64,000 nt of DNA from the human T2T-CHM13v2.0 reference genome, Homo sapiens. Both the position numbers and the translations under genes were made by a program. The stretch lies in NCBI GenBank assembly GCA_009914755.4, contig CP068257.2, forward strand, positions 36,032,001 to 36,096,000, in the 5' to 3' direction. This document shows positions 63,600 to 64,000 of this stretch, one piece after another; positions within the stretch are counted from its first letter, which is position 1; each line of letters starts with the position of its first letter. Under the pieces are notes generated by a model. That model searched no databases. It saw only the letters and a list, made by a program, of their open reading frames with translations, and was not told where the DNA came from.

Positions 63600-64000
63600 T
63601 TGAATTATTTCTCTTTCCTCCCTCCTCCCCAGCCTCCCCTCCTCCTCTCTCCCTCCTCCCTTTCTCTTCCCTCCCTCCTCCCCTTCTCCTCCTCTCCTTC
63701 CTCCCTTTCTCTTCCCTCCCTCCTCCTCCCTCCCTCCTCCCCTTCTCCTCCTCTCCTTCCTCCCTTTCTCTTCCCTCCCTCCTCCCCTCCTCCTCTCTCC
63801 CTCCTCTTCCCTCCCTCCTCCCCTTCTCCTCCTCTCCTTCCTCCCTTTCTCTTCCCTCCCTCCTCCTCCCTCCCTCCTCCCCTTCTCCTCCTCTCCTTCC
63901 TCCCTTTCTCTTCCCTCCCTCCTCCCCTCCTCCTCTCTCCCTCCTCTTCCCTCCCTCCTCCCCTTCTCCTCCTCTCCTTCCTCCCTTTCTCTTCCCTCCC
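63600..64000. repeat. Polypyrimidine (CT-rich, CCTCC-type) low-complexity tract organised as a ~140-bp higher-order tandem repeat, at least 2.5 copies, truncated by the window end
   Basis: The motif cttcctccctttctcttccctccctcctcc recurs at about 63705, 63845 and 63985, and again at about 63763 and 63903 (spacing 58+82 = 140 bp). The plus strand is almost purely C/T over roughly 400 bp. Confidence 0.85.

Overview
This window is hominoid (most likely human) nuclear DNA, not a prokaryotic locus. Roughly 40% of it is recognisable interspersed repeat, and there is no credible protein-coding gene. I found no prokaryote-style novel system, and the sequence does not support one.

Repeats identified by eye:
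- At least 12 Alu SINEs, several with clear target-site duplications.
- One Alu nested inside another, and one full Alu nested in a truncated one.
- A 5'-truncated SVA composite retrotransposon (SINE-R plus poly-A), which is hominoid-specific.
- Several LINE-1 fragments, including a 3' end whose minus-strand ORF2 remnant still translates to a recognisable ORF2 C-terminus.
- MaLR/MLT1-type solo LTRs and MIR fragments.
- Many microsatellites and low-complexity tracts: (GT)n(GA)n, (TGGA)n in both orientations, (GAAT)n, (ATC)n, a 15-bp GC-rich minisatellite, a ~520-bp purine-pyrimidine alternating tract, and a ~400-bp polypyrimidine higher-order repeat at the window edge.

Every ORF in the six-frame track is short (184 aa or less). 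Almost all lie in repeats or low-complexity sequence.

The most gene-like feature is a ~370-bp non-repeat CpG island at about 25.63-26.0 kb. It has a TATA-like motif and splice-donor-like motifs, and could be a promoter or first exon of an unidentified transcript.

Other structures worth checking:
- A 108-bp inverted repeat pair about 1.3 kb apart (2.2/3.7 kb).
- A ~190-bp segment present twice, one copy interrupting an MLT1 LTR.
- Opposite-orientation L1 pieces that could be a twin-priming inversion.

All coordinates are approximate (a few bp), read by eye. No alignments or database searches were run.
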